DNA of 62,897 nt, filler included, from Platydemus manokwari (lineage: Eukaryota), in the NCBI GenBank assembly GCA_037951405.1. It is 5 parts of 5 records of this genome, joined end to end, with 100 filler letters (N's around TTAATTAATTAA, not from the genome) between each part and the next. Parts side by side here need not be neighbours in the genome. Positions count along the whole stretch, not along the records: positions 1 to 13,884 come from JBBMOY011588076.1; 4 more parts are not named here. One strand, given 5' to 3'. A program made the translations under genes and the position numbers. This document shows positions 1 through 13,983 of the stretch, in pieces. How positions within the stretch are numbered: the stretch's first letter is position 1; each line of letters begins with the position of its first letter. A model generated the notes under the pieces. That model did not search any database. It was given only the letters and a program-made list of their open reading frames with translations, and was not told where the DNA came from.

Positions 1-2019
1 TTCATTATTATTATTATTGGATGCAGTATTTCTCAAATATTAATAATATTGTTGACAACTTTTCACTTTTTATGGTGTTATTGTTTTTAATATTTTCATT
101 AATATATATATAATGTAAATGATGCCTGCAACGATTATTGATAAATTATTGATTAGTATTTATTGATCTTTAAAACTTGATAAATATTGATTAAAAATTA
201 TTTATATCATCATCAATCTAACCCATAATTGAATTATTATTTCTATTGGGCAAAACTTTACATATGATTTTTTATTGAATTTCTTGTGAATCGGATAAAA
301 GTTTATTTCACAAATATCATATTAGCGCATAATGTTCAATTATCAATAGCTAATTATATCCGGTTATATCGGGCACATATTATCTGTGAGATATATGGAT
401 CATAGACATATTTATAGATTTTCATAACATCGAATTGAATATCGTCATAATTTGTTAATTCCATCTATTTAAAAAAAATGACGTAACGATCTATGTATTC
501 TGAGAAATTCTCTTATTTGTGCTCTACATGATATCATTCGAATCTATTATTTATATGTGCTGTCAAATATTATTTGACCTGACGTTTCGAGTTTTCTTTA
601 TTTCGATTAATTTCATGATAAATCGATGAGCTGAAAACAAAATTTTATTCAATAATTGAAAATATCAACTTTTGATCCTTGGACAAATGGATTGGGCTGA
701 ATGACAGTTCTGCTCGGTTATTTCTTCATGATTTTTTATGATGTTGATATATTTTAGTTAATTTTATCAATATATTATATATGTTGATCAGTTGTTTGAC
801 TCTTTTGAAATGTGAAAGACAAACTAATTCTTTACATTCAACGATTAGTTTGATTTGATTATAGATTTACAACACTCACTATCTCCATCTTTATCAAATG
901 GCATTGGAGACGTTCGGGTTATATTGAACATGATATAGAGTCAGCTCGAGATTATCAACAAAAAGAAGACATTATCAATTGAAACATTTATTTAATTATA
1001 ATATATAATAATAATTCATAAAACATTCCCTATGTTTATATCAGTAATTTATAATTTTATTTATTTCCCAGCTTTGATAATAATTCTCTCGTGAAAATAT
1101 TTAACGAAAAATTATCATGGTTCATATGAAACGATCTCGAATATATTCTTTTATTAAAATGGATTAAATCATAATACAAGGCTTGATGAATTCTTGTAAT
1201 TTCTCATCGATAATTGTCAAGATTTAAAGATGGGAAGAAACATCAATAACAGTGAAAGATATTGATTTTAATTTAGAAAAGATTTGAAAAGTCATTTTGA
1301 TTTATGTTCTCAGTTCAAGCCAACTACTGGGTTCGATTCTATTTTGACGGATATATCTACAAAACAGTTTTTCTACTCACTTATTTGAAATATAAATCAA
1401 TAATTATTTTGCTGAAAAATAGCACTTCTTTAGACTAGTTTGTGCACTTCATTTGTTTTTAAAGAATATATTTCATTGAAGTATATTAAAACTTGTTTTA
1501 CAGATTGTTGACAATATTTTTAGCTCAATTCTCTACCAATAGACAGGCAAAAATCATTATGAGGTTATTGACCCAAACATATATATATATAACTTAAATA
1601 GATTTGACGAGATAGAGTTGGACAAGAAACATTCGCTTTATCTGTTATCATTATTTAGAAATGAGATGTTTCATATTTTTATTATTATATGATCTTCAAG
1701 CTATCTTTAGGCTAAACGATAACTCATAAATGATGTCACTTGATTTCTTCTTGACCAAAACCTTTCAGATCATTTATACTTGTTTGAGTAGAATGATTAT
1801 TTACCAATCCTTCTAGCAGCTTTAAGAGCAATTATAATACTCATCAGGTTTCTTTCGAATCTATTAATCTATAATAATTTGATAAGTGCAAATTTTACTA
1901 ACAATTCATTCCTTTAATATCTCGATTATTATTGTCCGACAAGTATTATTTCCATGGAATCGAAATGTTTATTTCCATTGACAAACGTGACATGTATATT
2001 ATTACTTGTTATTTTTCAG

Positions 2020-2143
2020 TCGCCAAACCATAACCACAACTCCTTGTTGGATTGAAGTGCATTTAAACCAACCATTAAAGTGCCTTGATGCAGCTTTACG
2101 TCAATTAGAAACACCATCAAATCAATGCTCATCAAGAAGTTGA
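2020..2143 (+). CDS. Receptor-regulated SMAD (Smad2/3-like), last coding exon only (end of MH2 domain); upstream exons appear to lie outside the window
   Basis: After acceptor tttttcag the exon reads [40 protein letters not shown]. This matches the SMAD2/3 C-terminus ([26 protein letters not shown]...CSSxS), including the SSxS phosphorylation motif. Too short for the ORF track. Confidence 0.92.
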
Positions 2144-4787
2144 TTTTCATATAAATATAATATTTGTTTATTTTGTTTATTTTTGCAAATGGTACTGTTT
2201 TGTTTGATGATAATATTGGTTATTATTATTATTATTTCAAATTAAACTTATAAATATTCTTTTCAATCAACATGACCATGTTATGTTTGCAAAGTATCGA
2301 CGATATTGATAAAATTTTTCTGTAAAAGAAATGTTTTTTTAAGTTTATATACGGCAATTTTATATTTCATATTTCACTAGACTATTGATTGATTCAATAT
2401 TGATTGATTATTGGTTACGATTTGTATTTTATTAATCACTTGATTTACAGTTCAATTATTTTTATGAGTTTATTATTTTTATTCACGTTTTTTTCAAAGT
2501 CAAAGAGATGTTGTTATAGTTGTATAAAGTAGATATTGAAAATTCATACAAATTAATAATATTATTATTTTTAATTGGAATCGATCATAACTAATGTCAT
2601 TATATATGTCGTATTTGTCTATTATAAATTATTGTGATTCTTGGCTGTTATCGTTGATTGGGGTCAAGGTACTGCCAGATTACAGCTCACTGTTTACCAA
2701 AACAATATGGCCGGCCTGAGCGTTTATTAACGATGATTATGTATATAAACTATTGATTGATATGTTTGTTTTTATCAATATTTTTGTTGACTCAAATCTT
2801 GTTCTATGAATTGCGTAATAGATAAAAATTTGTGTTTTTTTAATTTTTAGCCTTATCAAATTGATATTATAAAATTATTCTGTATTAGATAACTAATATT
2901 TTTTCACATCTCTTAATCCAAAATAATAATGACGGTATAATGCATTAATATTTCTAATAGTTTTAATCTATATCACTGAATGTCATTATTTCAGTTACTT
3001 TTAAAAGAAAATCTAACATTGAAATAAAACCTAATTATTTTTACAAAAATCCAAATATTTACTGCGATCATCCAAACAAATTGTATTTGTAACTTTTTTT
3101 ACTTCTTGTCTATTAAAGCAACTACTATATATGTGTGTGTACTATTTCATATCATTTATAAAGTTCACTGCATTATGATGTTGATCGAGAGATCTTAACA
3201 GATACAGACATATTAACTTTAAATATTTTTTCACCTCAATTGTATAAAATCAATAATAATATTTCAAAGTGCATCTGAAATAATGTATTTTAATAAAAAT
3301 GATTAATTTACATCGTTCAAACAATCAGTTTCAATCTGGGATTTCACATTCCTGTGATCATTTATTCCATTGGAAATCAATAACATTTTACAAAATAGCG
3401 ATTTTTTAAGTCAAAAAGTATAAGTAACTTATAAAAATATTTTTTTATTCCATGTTTATTAAAATCTCATTTTTTTATCACACACCTCATATATTTGACA
3501 TTTATTGATATTTTTATTACACCTATGTTATTGTATTGTGCTATTATAAAATATAATCTTATCAATGTGGAAGATCGATAAGAAATTTTAAAATTTTAGC
3601 TATTCGAATCGATTGATAACCAGTTGGTCTCAAGTTTAATAAATTAAAATCATTAAAATTTGTTTTCTTTCCACGTATTTCATTCATTTTTTAGAATGGC
3701 CATTAATAGTAGTTCTTTGAAGATATGATCATTCAATATTTCCACTCAAATAACATTAGCGACTCCATATTGTATTGTTTAATCATTTCTAATGTACTTT
3801 ACTAATTCAGCTACTTAAAATTGATTTAAGGCTTATAAGCCAGACATGATTTAACTTATTGATCAAAAATTTAACATGTCTAGTGTAGTAACACTTCCTA
3901 ATAGTAATCGTCAAATATCTTACATTAATCGATGCTATGATAATATTTAGGTATGTTGAAGTTCTATAGATTGTAGCAGACATTGATTATTTAATAAGAC
4001 GATCACCTCAATTCACTTGAATCCATATTTACAAAATTTGAGATTGATAATCAATATGATAATTATAATATAAAAATTTAATATATCGATATCAAATTGG
4101 ATATCAATAAAATGTTTCCAATACGAAATAGCAACAATTTATTTTAAATAACTAATGGTAAAATGATAAATTATTATATTCTACAGAATCTTCGGAAAAA
4201 GGCTCTACTGTGACTATTAGTGACCAAGAAACCTGGAAAACTGAAATTGAACACTTAGAAATTTAATAGAAAGTGTTCTAGTTTTTATCTGTTAAAATTC
4301 TTTTAGAATCGAACAATTAATCCGCAATTCTAATAACAAATCCTTAATGAGGACTTATATATACACTAGTCAACCTCTAATCATCAGTTATCTTTACTGA
4401 AAAACAGTCGGCAGAATATTATGGATTTATAAAAGCATAGCACCGCGTATTTTTGTTGTGTACCGCTATGTAGCAATCAGTAATAAATGGTGTGATATGA
4501 TTGGCGGATTTTCTTTTAATGAGTCATTTAATGATTGTTTACTTGAATTTATGTGCTCATACATGGATTTCTATAGTTCTCTCAATGTCAAGCTGTGACT
4601 TTTAAATAAAATATGAGTCCAATTTTACAACAAATATTCCTTGATTGAGGATGAATACCAAACACTTGAAATCATTATTTTCACCGTAACACAATGTATC
4701 CATGTGTGTTTACCAATTTATTTTAACCAAACTGTACTAATGACTGGTTCGAGAACAGTCAAGTCTTTCTAACTAATATGGAGTTCA

Positions 4788-4790
<3 letters not shown>

Positions 4791-4828
<38 letters not shown>
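4791..4828. repeat. (TA)n microsatellite
   Basis: Direct reading of tatatata... run. Confidence 0.95.
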
Positions 4829-4831
<3 letters not shown>

Positions 4832-6769
4832 GCATTGTCAAATTTATATCAACCAGTAGTGGACAGGTAGCTTGACCACGCTTGCAGTACTTAAAGAGAG
4901 ATTGAATACGGCCGAATCAAAATAGTTAATCATGGATCGAGAGAAGTCAATGAACTTTAGTTACCCTTTAGATGGAAAAAAATTCACGAGACAAGTTCGA
5001 TTATTCGATCAGATTCTTATTAAATTGAATTCGGAATTCTGAAATCAGAATTGATAGGAATCAGAAGATTATTCAGTAATTAAATCATCACCTTCTGAAT
5101 TTCCAAAGACGTGAAAGTGATGATTACTGAATAATCACTACCTTCGGTATTGGAATAAGCTCGAAAGATATCGATGTTCAGTAATCCTCAGGAATTCTTT
5201 TTATCTTTTACTGTATTACCATTACCCAAGGACATCGTTTTCCAGCATCTTGATTCGCTTTAATATCATTATAAGACCCAAATTGAGTTTAGAAATTGAT
5301 CGTAGATATACAGCCATTTGATTGGATATTAACCAATGAATTGATTAATTAGGTAATTGTAATCCATTCAACATATCTCAAATATGAATAAAAAATCGAT
5401 GGTTTTTTATGATAAAACTTAGTTTATAAATTTTTATGACAATCTATTTAATTAATTTTATATTATCGCTAGTCAACTGCGAAAATTGAGGAAAAGATGA
5501 CGAAATAAAATGATTCAATAAATTTTACCCCTGTCCGATATACTAAGAGTAATCATGAAATATTGTGCAATCTTCTATATGCACAAATTAAAATTAAAAT
5601 CAAGATATCAAACTTATCATGAAGAATAGAACACAATTTATCCTTCTCTCTGTTGCCTATCATATACCTGCGAATCTCTACAGATGACCTTAACAAAGAT
5701 ATCTCTTTCCAGAAAGACGAACTTACAATCTATACCTCTCTTCCGCTGATCCCGGGTGCCAAACCGACAACTAAGAACCGGGCTAGGATGCTCATCATCA
5801 GCCTTATGGTTTAGCCAGTCAACAGCTCTATGGAATTCGTCAACTTCAGAACGGTTGAAACTCTTGTTTACTACTGCGATACACAAAGTTCGCTAATCAA
5901 AATCGAAATGTTAAATGGTAATAATAATCGATTCAGAAATAAATTTGGTCATGAAAACCTACTTTTATTCGCCAAAAATAACAAAATAAAAATAACCATC
6001 TTTTCAAAAAGGTTCCAGACAAAAAGTAAGTTACACGAAAAAAGTGGAAAGTAGGCGGATGTTTAATAAAGTTAAGGTTGGCACAAACAATAAAATTTAT
6101 GTCTAACTCGGATGCTCTCCAATGATTCACTGAAACAAATGCCAACAGAAATTGTATTCGAAATTATATTTTCTATCGAAGGAATATCTATCCTATGGTC
6201 CAAATCAATTGATCAAAATGATAACTAAGGAATATGTATCTCAATGATGGTACATATCTCTTGATTAATAGTATTGTGCCATGCACATATAGCTCTTGAT
6301 AACACAATAGATTTGGTTCCGAACTTAGTTTTTCTTCCCTTTGTTGATGGGAGTTTTTGCTAGAAAACATCTTGAGTCTCCTGGCTTGTCATCAACTCCA
6401 TGGTTTTTTATTAATTCGTTTTAATGTCCAATAAATCCCTTTTGTACTCATGTGCCAACTCCATTATATCATTCATTTACAACTCTTCATCTGCACACTT
6501 TTCCCAGAGGTGATCTGCCTCTCCAAGAGTTAATTTAAGATTTGATTCCAACAGTTAAAGGTTTGAAACCGAGTTGCATTACCCATTTCTCAAAATGTAT
6601 TGCATTTTTTCACTATTATTAGCAGATACCATCGATTTATCATGGTTCACAACAAATAACCTACCAATTAATCAAAATTACTTGCATCTTCAGGTTTGCT
6701 AATTATTAGTTCAATGGTACTGATATGGTTTAATTTATTTAATTATTAGTTTATTAAATTCTTTAATAA

Positions 6770-6990
6770 CATTTTGAATTTTTTATTTAAGTACTTGAGA
6801 AAAATTTTAGTTGTTTAGAATCAAATAATACAAGCACATGATTTTTAAAATCTCCTAAAAATTAATTATTTGAAAAATGGGTCAAAGTAGGTCAAAATGC
6901 AATTAATTGAAAATTAGCGAGGAACTCTTCTTTTAACATTAGAAGCAACCAGAATGATATTTAAAATTTTTAGAGTTATTTTATAAAAAA
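6770..6990 (+). repeat. Dispersed ~220-300 bp repeat, copy A (probable non-autonomous DNA transposon fragment)
   Basis: Core ggtcaaagtaggtcaaaatgcaatt(a/t)attgaaaattagcga...ttttaacattagaagcaa recurs at ~23690 (+), ~41880 (-) and ~21250 (-). Confidence 0.8.
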
Positions 6991-7739
6991 AGTGACTTCG
7001 AAATTATTGATAAGTGCCAGAAACAAGGTACTTGTGTTTTCTCTCAAAATAAATATATTAATATATATTTAATAGATTGGATACATATATCCCAAACTTG
7101 TCTATGTTATAATGAAATGAAGATTTGATCAAAATCAAATAAATCGAACAGGTGAAGATGCCACAGATATATAAGTTTCGGAATTCAAATAGGGACTTGG
7201 TTCAACAATTTAGCATTGTCCCTTTTCGAAATTCTGGAAAACAAACTCACTAGTCTAGACACTAAATTAGATTTTAAATTTGATTTTTCCAATAAATTAA
7301 TATTTTATAAAGAACTGATTTTAAAATATTTCCAATTTCAAATTAATTATAAATCCTTTCCCCTTTTTTAAAAATCTTTTATTTTCTCTGAATTTCTACC
7401 TATCTCTATTCAGATTCTCTAGATATTTATCTATATAAAAATTGTCTTTATATTATCTCTAAAACTTTTAGATATCTTCTTAATATTCTCTTTTTATCTT
7501 CATTTTTTTCTGTTTATATCTTTTATACAACTTCGCTATATCTTTTTTACATCTTTTGTATAATTTGCTCGTCTTAAAAACTTAGACTCCAAAGACATTC
7601 TCAGAATCATATATAAATACGAGGTCCCTATGTAAGTCACTACTATTTTATAAAGCACGCATTGAAAACCAACTGAAAGTCACAACACTAAATTATGTTT
7701 TAATTACAATTATTATAACAAATTAATATTTTATAACTC

Positions 7740-9060
7740 ATGATCTACAAGAAGAAAATTTCTACAATCAGTCTAGAAGAGCACTGTCGCAATATAGAAT
7801 TGAGATTCTGGTTGAAGTTACGAAATACAACTCTAATTGAATAATCTGGAAAATTGCGTTTTACTTTGAGCTATTTGCACTCAGTAAAGTGATCTTCTGT
7901 ATGAAATTACTATATCATTTATACTAAAATACTACAATTTGACGTTATGATAAGAAAATACTTGAAAAAAAATCCTTGACCTACCGAAATATTGCTCTTC
8001 CAACAAATAAAAGTCCCAAAATATAGTGGAGCAAATTAAGGAAGAATATTAAATATGCCTCAGAGAAAAAATATACCAAGGTTTCTATCATATGTATAAT
8101 GCTTATAGTTCAAAACAATCTAATAGTCAATATTTGTATTACGAAAGGAGCGCCATTGTGAAACCAAAAGAAAATCAAAGACTTACAAAAACTGCTGAGA
8201 CAATCTTTAATGGGATCACACAAATTAAACTGGATTAATAAAATAAGAAATTCAGCCTGTAAGAGCTACTCAAGAGCTATTAGTCCATTGTGGTCAAAAG
8301 TAGTCAAAACTAACCATTGATGAATTCAGATTTATTCATTAGGTACTGTAGATAACATTTCCACTCTGAACAAATACTACATGAAAATTATGGGGTGCAG
8401 AAAAATGTTAAAATGAAGTGGAATCGCAAACACACGCTTACGGCTGCTGCAAATCCTCTCACTATTTTATACTTTATCGTTACGACAGAACAATGTATGT
8501 ATTAATCAAAGAAATTGTTAACTATACGCATGACAGAGTCTTTATGGAGAGAAAATCCAAGCGAAGGATGAATCTTCAATTAATAAATGACCGAAAATTT
8601 ACGATCGTCCTAATACACCTAAAATGCCCTATGGACGAACTTACACTAATAGCAGAAACAGCTCAAAAGAATATCGAAAATTACTCAGACTCCCAAAATG
8701 CAATCAATAGAAGCCGGCTCAACTAGGCAGTGTAGATCTGTTCACTATTTGTTACAAGGGTTTTCAGAATTTGGCAAACACAGACTAACAACACAGTTCA
8801 GAGAAACTAGGAATGGAAAAGAAAATGATAAATTGAACTGCTCCTGCTTGAGTAATGTAGAAAATAAATACGAGCTATCTGTAATGAAGATTCCATACTG
8901 GGAAGAAAACACCAATAATGCAGCGTTAAAAATATGGGAAGAAAACATCCCAGACAACAGCGACTGTAATTCGGAGACTGAATCGATCAAAACGTTGAAC
9001 TGATTGTATGATTGAACAAGCGAACTGTGATTCATGGAACGGTCGAAGGAAAAAATCATG
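7740..9060 (+). mobile_element. Decayed 3' part of an RLE-type (R2/R4/NeSL group) non-LTR retrotransposon
   Basis: Contains CRK-C...ESQTHAYGCC (CCHC knuckle), RYD (RHD-like), RMNLQLI (RPDL-like) and IHLKCPMDE (D-x-K-C-P endonuclease motif). Frameshifts and stops throughout. Homologous to 10900-12850 on the minus strand. Boundaries approximate. Confidence 0.8.
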
Positions 9061-9462
9061 TGAATCCTATACTTTATGTATGAGTATCTTTATTATCAAT
9101 CTTTATGAAACAAAATTTATGAACTATTCAATAAAAAGACCTTGAAAATTACTTGAGGCCAAATATTACTTATTTGCAAATATCCACAACACATTTGAAA
9201 GAAAATTTATCAAGTATTTCTTCACTTCTAAAATTTATATCAAATTAATGAACTAATTTATTAAAATATCAAATCGAAAATCAAATTTTAATTTATTAAT
9301 TCGAATGATAGTTTATAAAGCTGGCATTGTAAATTATCATTCATATATATTACATAACAATGGATTTTTAATGAAACAATCCAATGTTAATAAACTTTGA
9401 ACATAAAATTTCCAATCGAACTGTATAAATATTTAGATAAATTTCATATTCATCAATCAAAA

Positions 9463-10297
9463 ATGTCTGAAAACGTTAAAAAGTTCGTCGATAGTTTGTA
9501 TGACCAAACACCAGAAGGCAAGATTTTAGATTTGTATGTGAAATGGGCTGATACTTATGACAGAGTTGGGATATTTAAATAAATAATAAATATGTAATTG
9601 TTGCATAAATTAGGATCTGACTGAAAATGAAGACGGGTATCAAGGATTTAAAATTATCGCTAAAGTAGTTGACTTATTCTCAGAAAATACATCAGCCGAA
9701 ATTTTAGATGTAGCAGCAGGAACTGGATTAGTAGCTGTTCAAGTATTAAGTTTTCATTTTGATATGATTATAAAAATGTATCTAAAGTTAAGAAAATTGA
9801 ATTACTTAAATATCGATGGAATGGATCCATGTAAAGAAATGTTAGACAAAGCAAAAGAGAAAAATCTTTATCGAAATTACTTTTACCAATTCGCAACTGA
9901 TCAACCAGATCCTTTACATGGTAATTATATCAAATAGATAAACAAACCTGAAATGTATATTAAAAACTGTAGAAAAGTATGATCAGGTTGCAATAGGTGG
10001 AGGTTTTAGTCGAGGTCACATGAATTATTCAGATATTGCAAAGTTAATTAAATATGCTAAAATTAGTAAGTATATTAGAATATATTGAATAAAATATTTT
10101 TAACATTGATTATTTTAGATGGATATATTTCTTTTGACTTTCGATATGAGGCACTGGAAAGTTATCAAGTAGAAGTACCTAGTGAAGTAGATCGATTAGA
10201 AAAAGAAGGAATAGTGGAAGTTATTATTAAAGCAAAAGTTCCGAAGTACTACACAACTATTCCTGGATTTCTAATTCTTCTGAAAAGATTAAAATGA
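9463..10297 (+). CDS. METTL27: Class I SAM-dependent methyltransferase, METTL27/WBSCR27-like (5 exons)
   Basis: Exons 9463-9564, 9614-9742, 9788-9920, 9973-10065, 10119-10297 splice in frame over 45-53 nt GT-AG introns. Motifs: LYVKWADTYDRDL, ILDVAAGTGLV (motif I), IDGMDPCKEMLDKAKEKNLY, YDQVAIGGGFSRGHM. Confidence 0.85.
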
Positions 10298-10899
10298 AAA
10301 TTTTAATAAATAATTTTGGATTTATTCAAGTTTTATTAATATTCTCGTAAATTATTTATGAAATATTTTATTGAAATTGTAAAAATATCAAAATATGATA
10401 ATGAATTTGACTTATTAAAATGTTGAGATTTCGTTGTTAAAATTCTCGGTATTTCAGGTTTTTTGACAAAAATCTAATAATTCACTTTAATCAATACAAA
10501 TAGTGTTCTTTGATCATCCATGTCTATGCATACAATTACTATTAACAATACAATGAATGAAATGATGTTACCGATTGATTTTATAAAAGTGAAATCCACT
10601 TGTCACTTGCTTTATTTTTAGGCAATCATTTTAGTGGTGTAATGTTGAATTTGGAACTATATTTTGTTAGATATAAGTTTGCACTTAAGTGACAACTATC
10701 TCTATAATTATCATCATATCTTTCCGGTATTTTCAAATAATTGTCCTAATTGCTCTAATCAAACTTATTCTATTGTACTTTTATCAAATTTATTTAATTA
10801 ATATTATTTTGTTAAATTTATAATATTATTTAAATTTTTATTGTAAGACAATGTTTTAGTTATTAATTTTAATGCACAAATAATTATTAATAAAACACA

Positions 10900-12850
10900 G
10901 TTTTTTATAATACAAGTCATACAGTGTCTGACACCAGCACCACATTGTGGCATGGCAAAATATCACAGGATTCTCTTTGTCTCTCTTCGACATTCGCTTA
11001 TTCTTGTCTATTCAAGTTTATTGGACACATCATCATCCTCAGAACCCGTATATTCGTCGTCCAAGATGTTATTTGATCTGGTTCTTGTCTTCGATAATAA
11101 TATAGCGTTCCCTCTGTGGAATTGCCATTGCCGATATGCGGAATTGATGTTTGACCGGATACAATTGTTGCGTGTTTTCTCCGTTGTCTTTTTAAAGCTT
11201 GCATCGAATGATCTCGTTCTCCGATTTCCAAGTTCTAAGAACTCCAATTATGAATGTATAGAGCTCAACACTCCAGCCTGACCTGACTTTCTTTATTTCT
11301 TGGAGATCATCATAATTTGCCAAGTTGACTTCATCTGCATTTTTTATCAGTCTTTTCTCGTCCAAAGGGCATTTTACATAAAAAAAGAGCTGGTTCAATT
11401 ATTGATTACCTGTAGGTCAACTCGTTGTTTTGATCCTGTAAATTGACAGGATTTCTCAGCGAAAACATCGTTGTCGATGTGATATTTAATATAGTTTGCT
11501 AGTAATTCCATGATGCTTATCTCGATTGAGAATAAAAGAGTGTGATACGTTCCCGTTCGTAAAGGCACTTCCGGCATTGGTGTCCTTGCATGAAATTTTT
11601 GTTCAGAGTATCCAATATATCGAAACGTGCTTGATGAAGAAAAGAGAATTTCGCGATTGACAATCCATCGTTGTATACCATTTTCTTCCAGGTAGAAGTT
11701 ATCTCTTCAGGCTTTTGATGTACCTACCACACCAGATTTGTTTCGGTGGTAGCTTCTGTTGAAATATATCCGTAGTAACTTGGTCAGTTTGTTCAAGTGC
11801 TTCTTTCTCAGTACTGCTTCTGTAGTTAAGTCTCCACTGTCTGTTTTAATATTTTGAAAGAGTCTTATTCCAATATCTCCATCGATGATTTCAAAGCTAA
11901 TGGTTGTCAGCATTTCCACCTGAGAGTATTTGACTGCCTCATGAATTTTGTCCCACAAAAAATGCTTCTTCTCCTTTGTCCCGGTTAAAATTCAGCCAAT
12001 TTAGAGAGTTTAGAAGGTTCTGTTTGGACGCTTGTTCTAAGCATTCTCTAGGCATGTGATTTTTGCCAGGGTAGCAGAATACTATCATCGAGTTTTTCGG
12101 ATAGACACTTGCCTGCAATTTCCCGACTGTCAATTGAATTGTGGAGTTTTAGTGAGAAATTTACTCCCAAGTACTTATAATAATCTTCTACTTGCAACTG
12201 AGGAATCTGTTAGTTGTTGATTGTCAGGCCATTGATTGTTTCTTTTGATTTAATATTCCAAACTTAAATCGGATTCCCAGTTGGTCCAAGATTGGCAATG
12301 AGTGATGAGTTTATCAAGTTTTGGCATTCTTCCACGCTCTTGGTTGTGATTGCGATGTCATCTCTAGAATAGTACAGTGACTTGCCAGCATTATCCCAGC
12401 ATTTTTCACTTTCTCCATCTGAACCAAATCCAGATTTATTGCGATATTGAATAAAAGCATGGAGATAGGGCACCTCTGCCTAACTTCTCTTCTGATGCTA
12501 TGAATTTGGTTGTGTATTCTTTACAGTGGAATGCAGTTTAGCAGTTATTGTATAGGCTCCGAATAATCTGCATCGATGTCAGCCTGCGTCACATCTTTTC
12601 CAGTATGACAAATAGAACTGTATTATTGACTGACGGAAAAGCTTCCTCTATGTCAAGGAAGCAAAATTGAAGATTGTTCTTTTTTTTCTCGTGGAATTTC
12701 TCAATCGCCACTCTCAAGATAAAATTGTGTTCCCTGCATCCGTCTGTTAGTCCAAGGCTTTTTTGAAACAGCTGTAGCAGATCATTTTCATTTATCCAAG
12801 AGCTTAGTTGTTGACATAAGAGGCTGGTTTAGATTTTATAAGCACAATGA
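10900..12850 (-). mobile_element. Decayed, 5'-truncated RLE-type non-LTR retrotransposon (RT + CCHC + restriction-like endonuclease)
   Basis: Minus-strand fragments FQKSLGLTDGCREHNFILRVAIE...FCFLDIEEAFPSV (R2/NeSL-type RT), YKYLG, CRKC, RVDLQVI...YVKCPLDE and YTFIIGVLRTW. Many stops and frameshifts. Confidence 0.88.
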
Positions 12851-13120
12851 CTCTTTCAATTTCTTGCTATTTAGACCTTGCAGAATAAATAGTCTTGAAA
12901 TTTCTTCAAGAGTGTTTTTCTTGTCAAACACCTCCAAAACTAGCTTCTTTACCCAAAGTTCATAACTGCGATATTTTTCATCTGGTCTTCTAGTCGTACA
13001 CTATTTTGGCACGTGAAAATGTTTCTAAAAATCAATTTTCAATTTCTTCATTTGAAATGGTCTCTTTGAAACTGCTGAATTCATGGCACAGTTGTTTGGT
13101 AATCAACTTTTTAATTACTC
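12850..13120 (-). mobile_element. Ty3/gypsy gag fragment (same family as 18600-19045)
   Basis: aataaatagtcttgaaatttcttcaagagtgtttttcttgtc is shared with ~18684-18723; encodes FDKKNTLEEISRLFILQGLN. Confidence 0.8.
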
Positions 13121-13884
13121 CTCAAAATTATTAAAATCATTGGAGGAAAGATTTTCATATATTAAATAAAGTAAACTAATACACCAATGAGATTACATAT
13201 TCGCCTATCAAAAAGTTCAACCAAAAAGTCTTAATCGGTATTCAAGTTTATAATATCATTGAGTTCCTATCCTTTCCTTCATATCAAATTATGGGGATAA
13301 ATGGGGAACCCGTCAACCGAAAATTCTCTTCACCTCGCACAGCCTTATTGTGTGAAGACAATAAGTGTTGCAGCAGTGATACATTAATTAACTTAATTTA
13401 GTCAGTATCAAAATTATCTAAACCTACTTAAACTATTAACTATATTTGTAACATTTGATTACAAACAATGATTTTACAAAACCTTTATTATTAAAAACTG
13501 AACTTTAATGCTAAAAATGTTTATTAAACATAATACCAATACAAAACTAATTAACAACAATAATAAAATGAAAAATTAAAGATTGACTTTAAAACTGCAT
13601 TATACATTTAATAAAAAATTGAACAAGATGTTGGGTTGTGATGAATGTTAATTTGTTGTTTAAACCAGCGTGAGTTCCTTTACGTTTGTATTATATCAAA
13701 AACACTAAAAATTGATAACAAACTTAATTAAAATTAAAAATAATATACAAGCAAATTAATTGGTTCATTACGTTTAACTGACACAAAAGAAATTTATTAT
13801 AAAACAAAGACCTTAATAGTTTATTATAGAGTTTAGAATATGTGTATGACTCCAAAGGGAGATCCTTTAGAGTGTGGGTTTTAT

Positions 13885-13983
13885 NNNNNNNNNNNNNNNN
13901 NNNNNNNNNNNNNNNNNNNNNNNNNNNNTTAATTAATTAANNNNNNNNNNNNNNNNNNNNNNNNNNNNNNNNNNNNNNNNNNN
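13885..13983. other. Assembly gap with artificial TTAATTAATTAA linker
   Basis: About 44 N + TTAATTAATTAA + about 44 N; same structure at four places. Confidence 0.97.

Noticed and set aside
1-1950. Penelope-like or gag relics in the SMAD intron
   Set aside because: Only vague fragments (e.g. FSEYIDRY on the minus strand); no diagnostic motif could be confirmed
5638-6370. Short ORFs in a GC-richer patch
   Set aside because: No recognisable motif or splice-consistent gene model; probably TE debris
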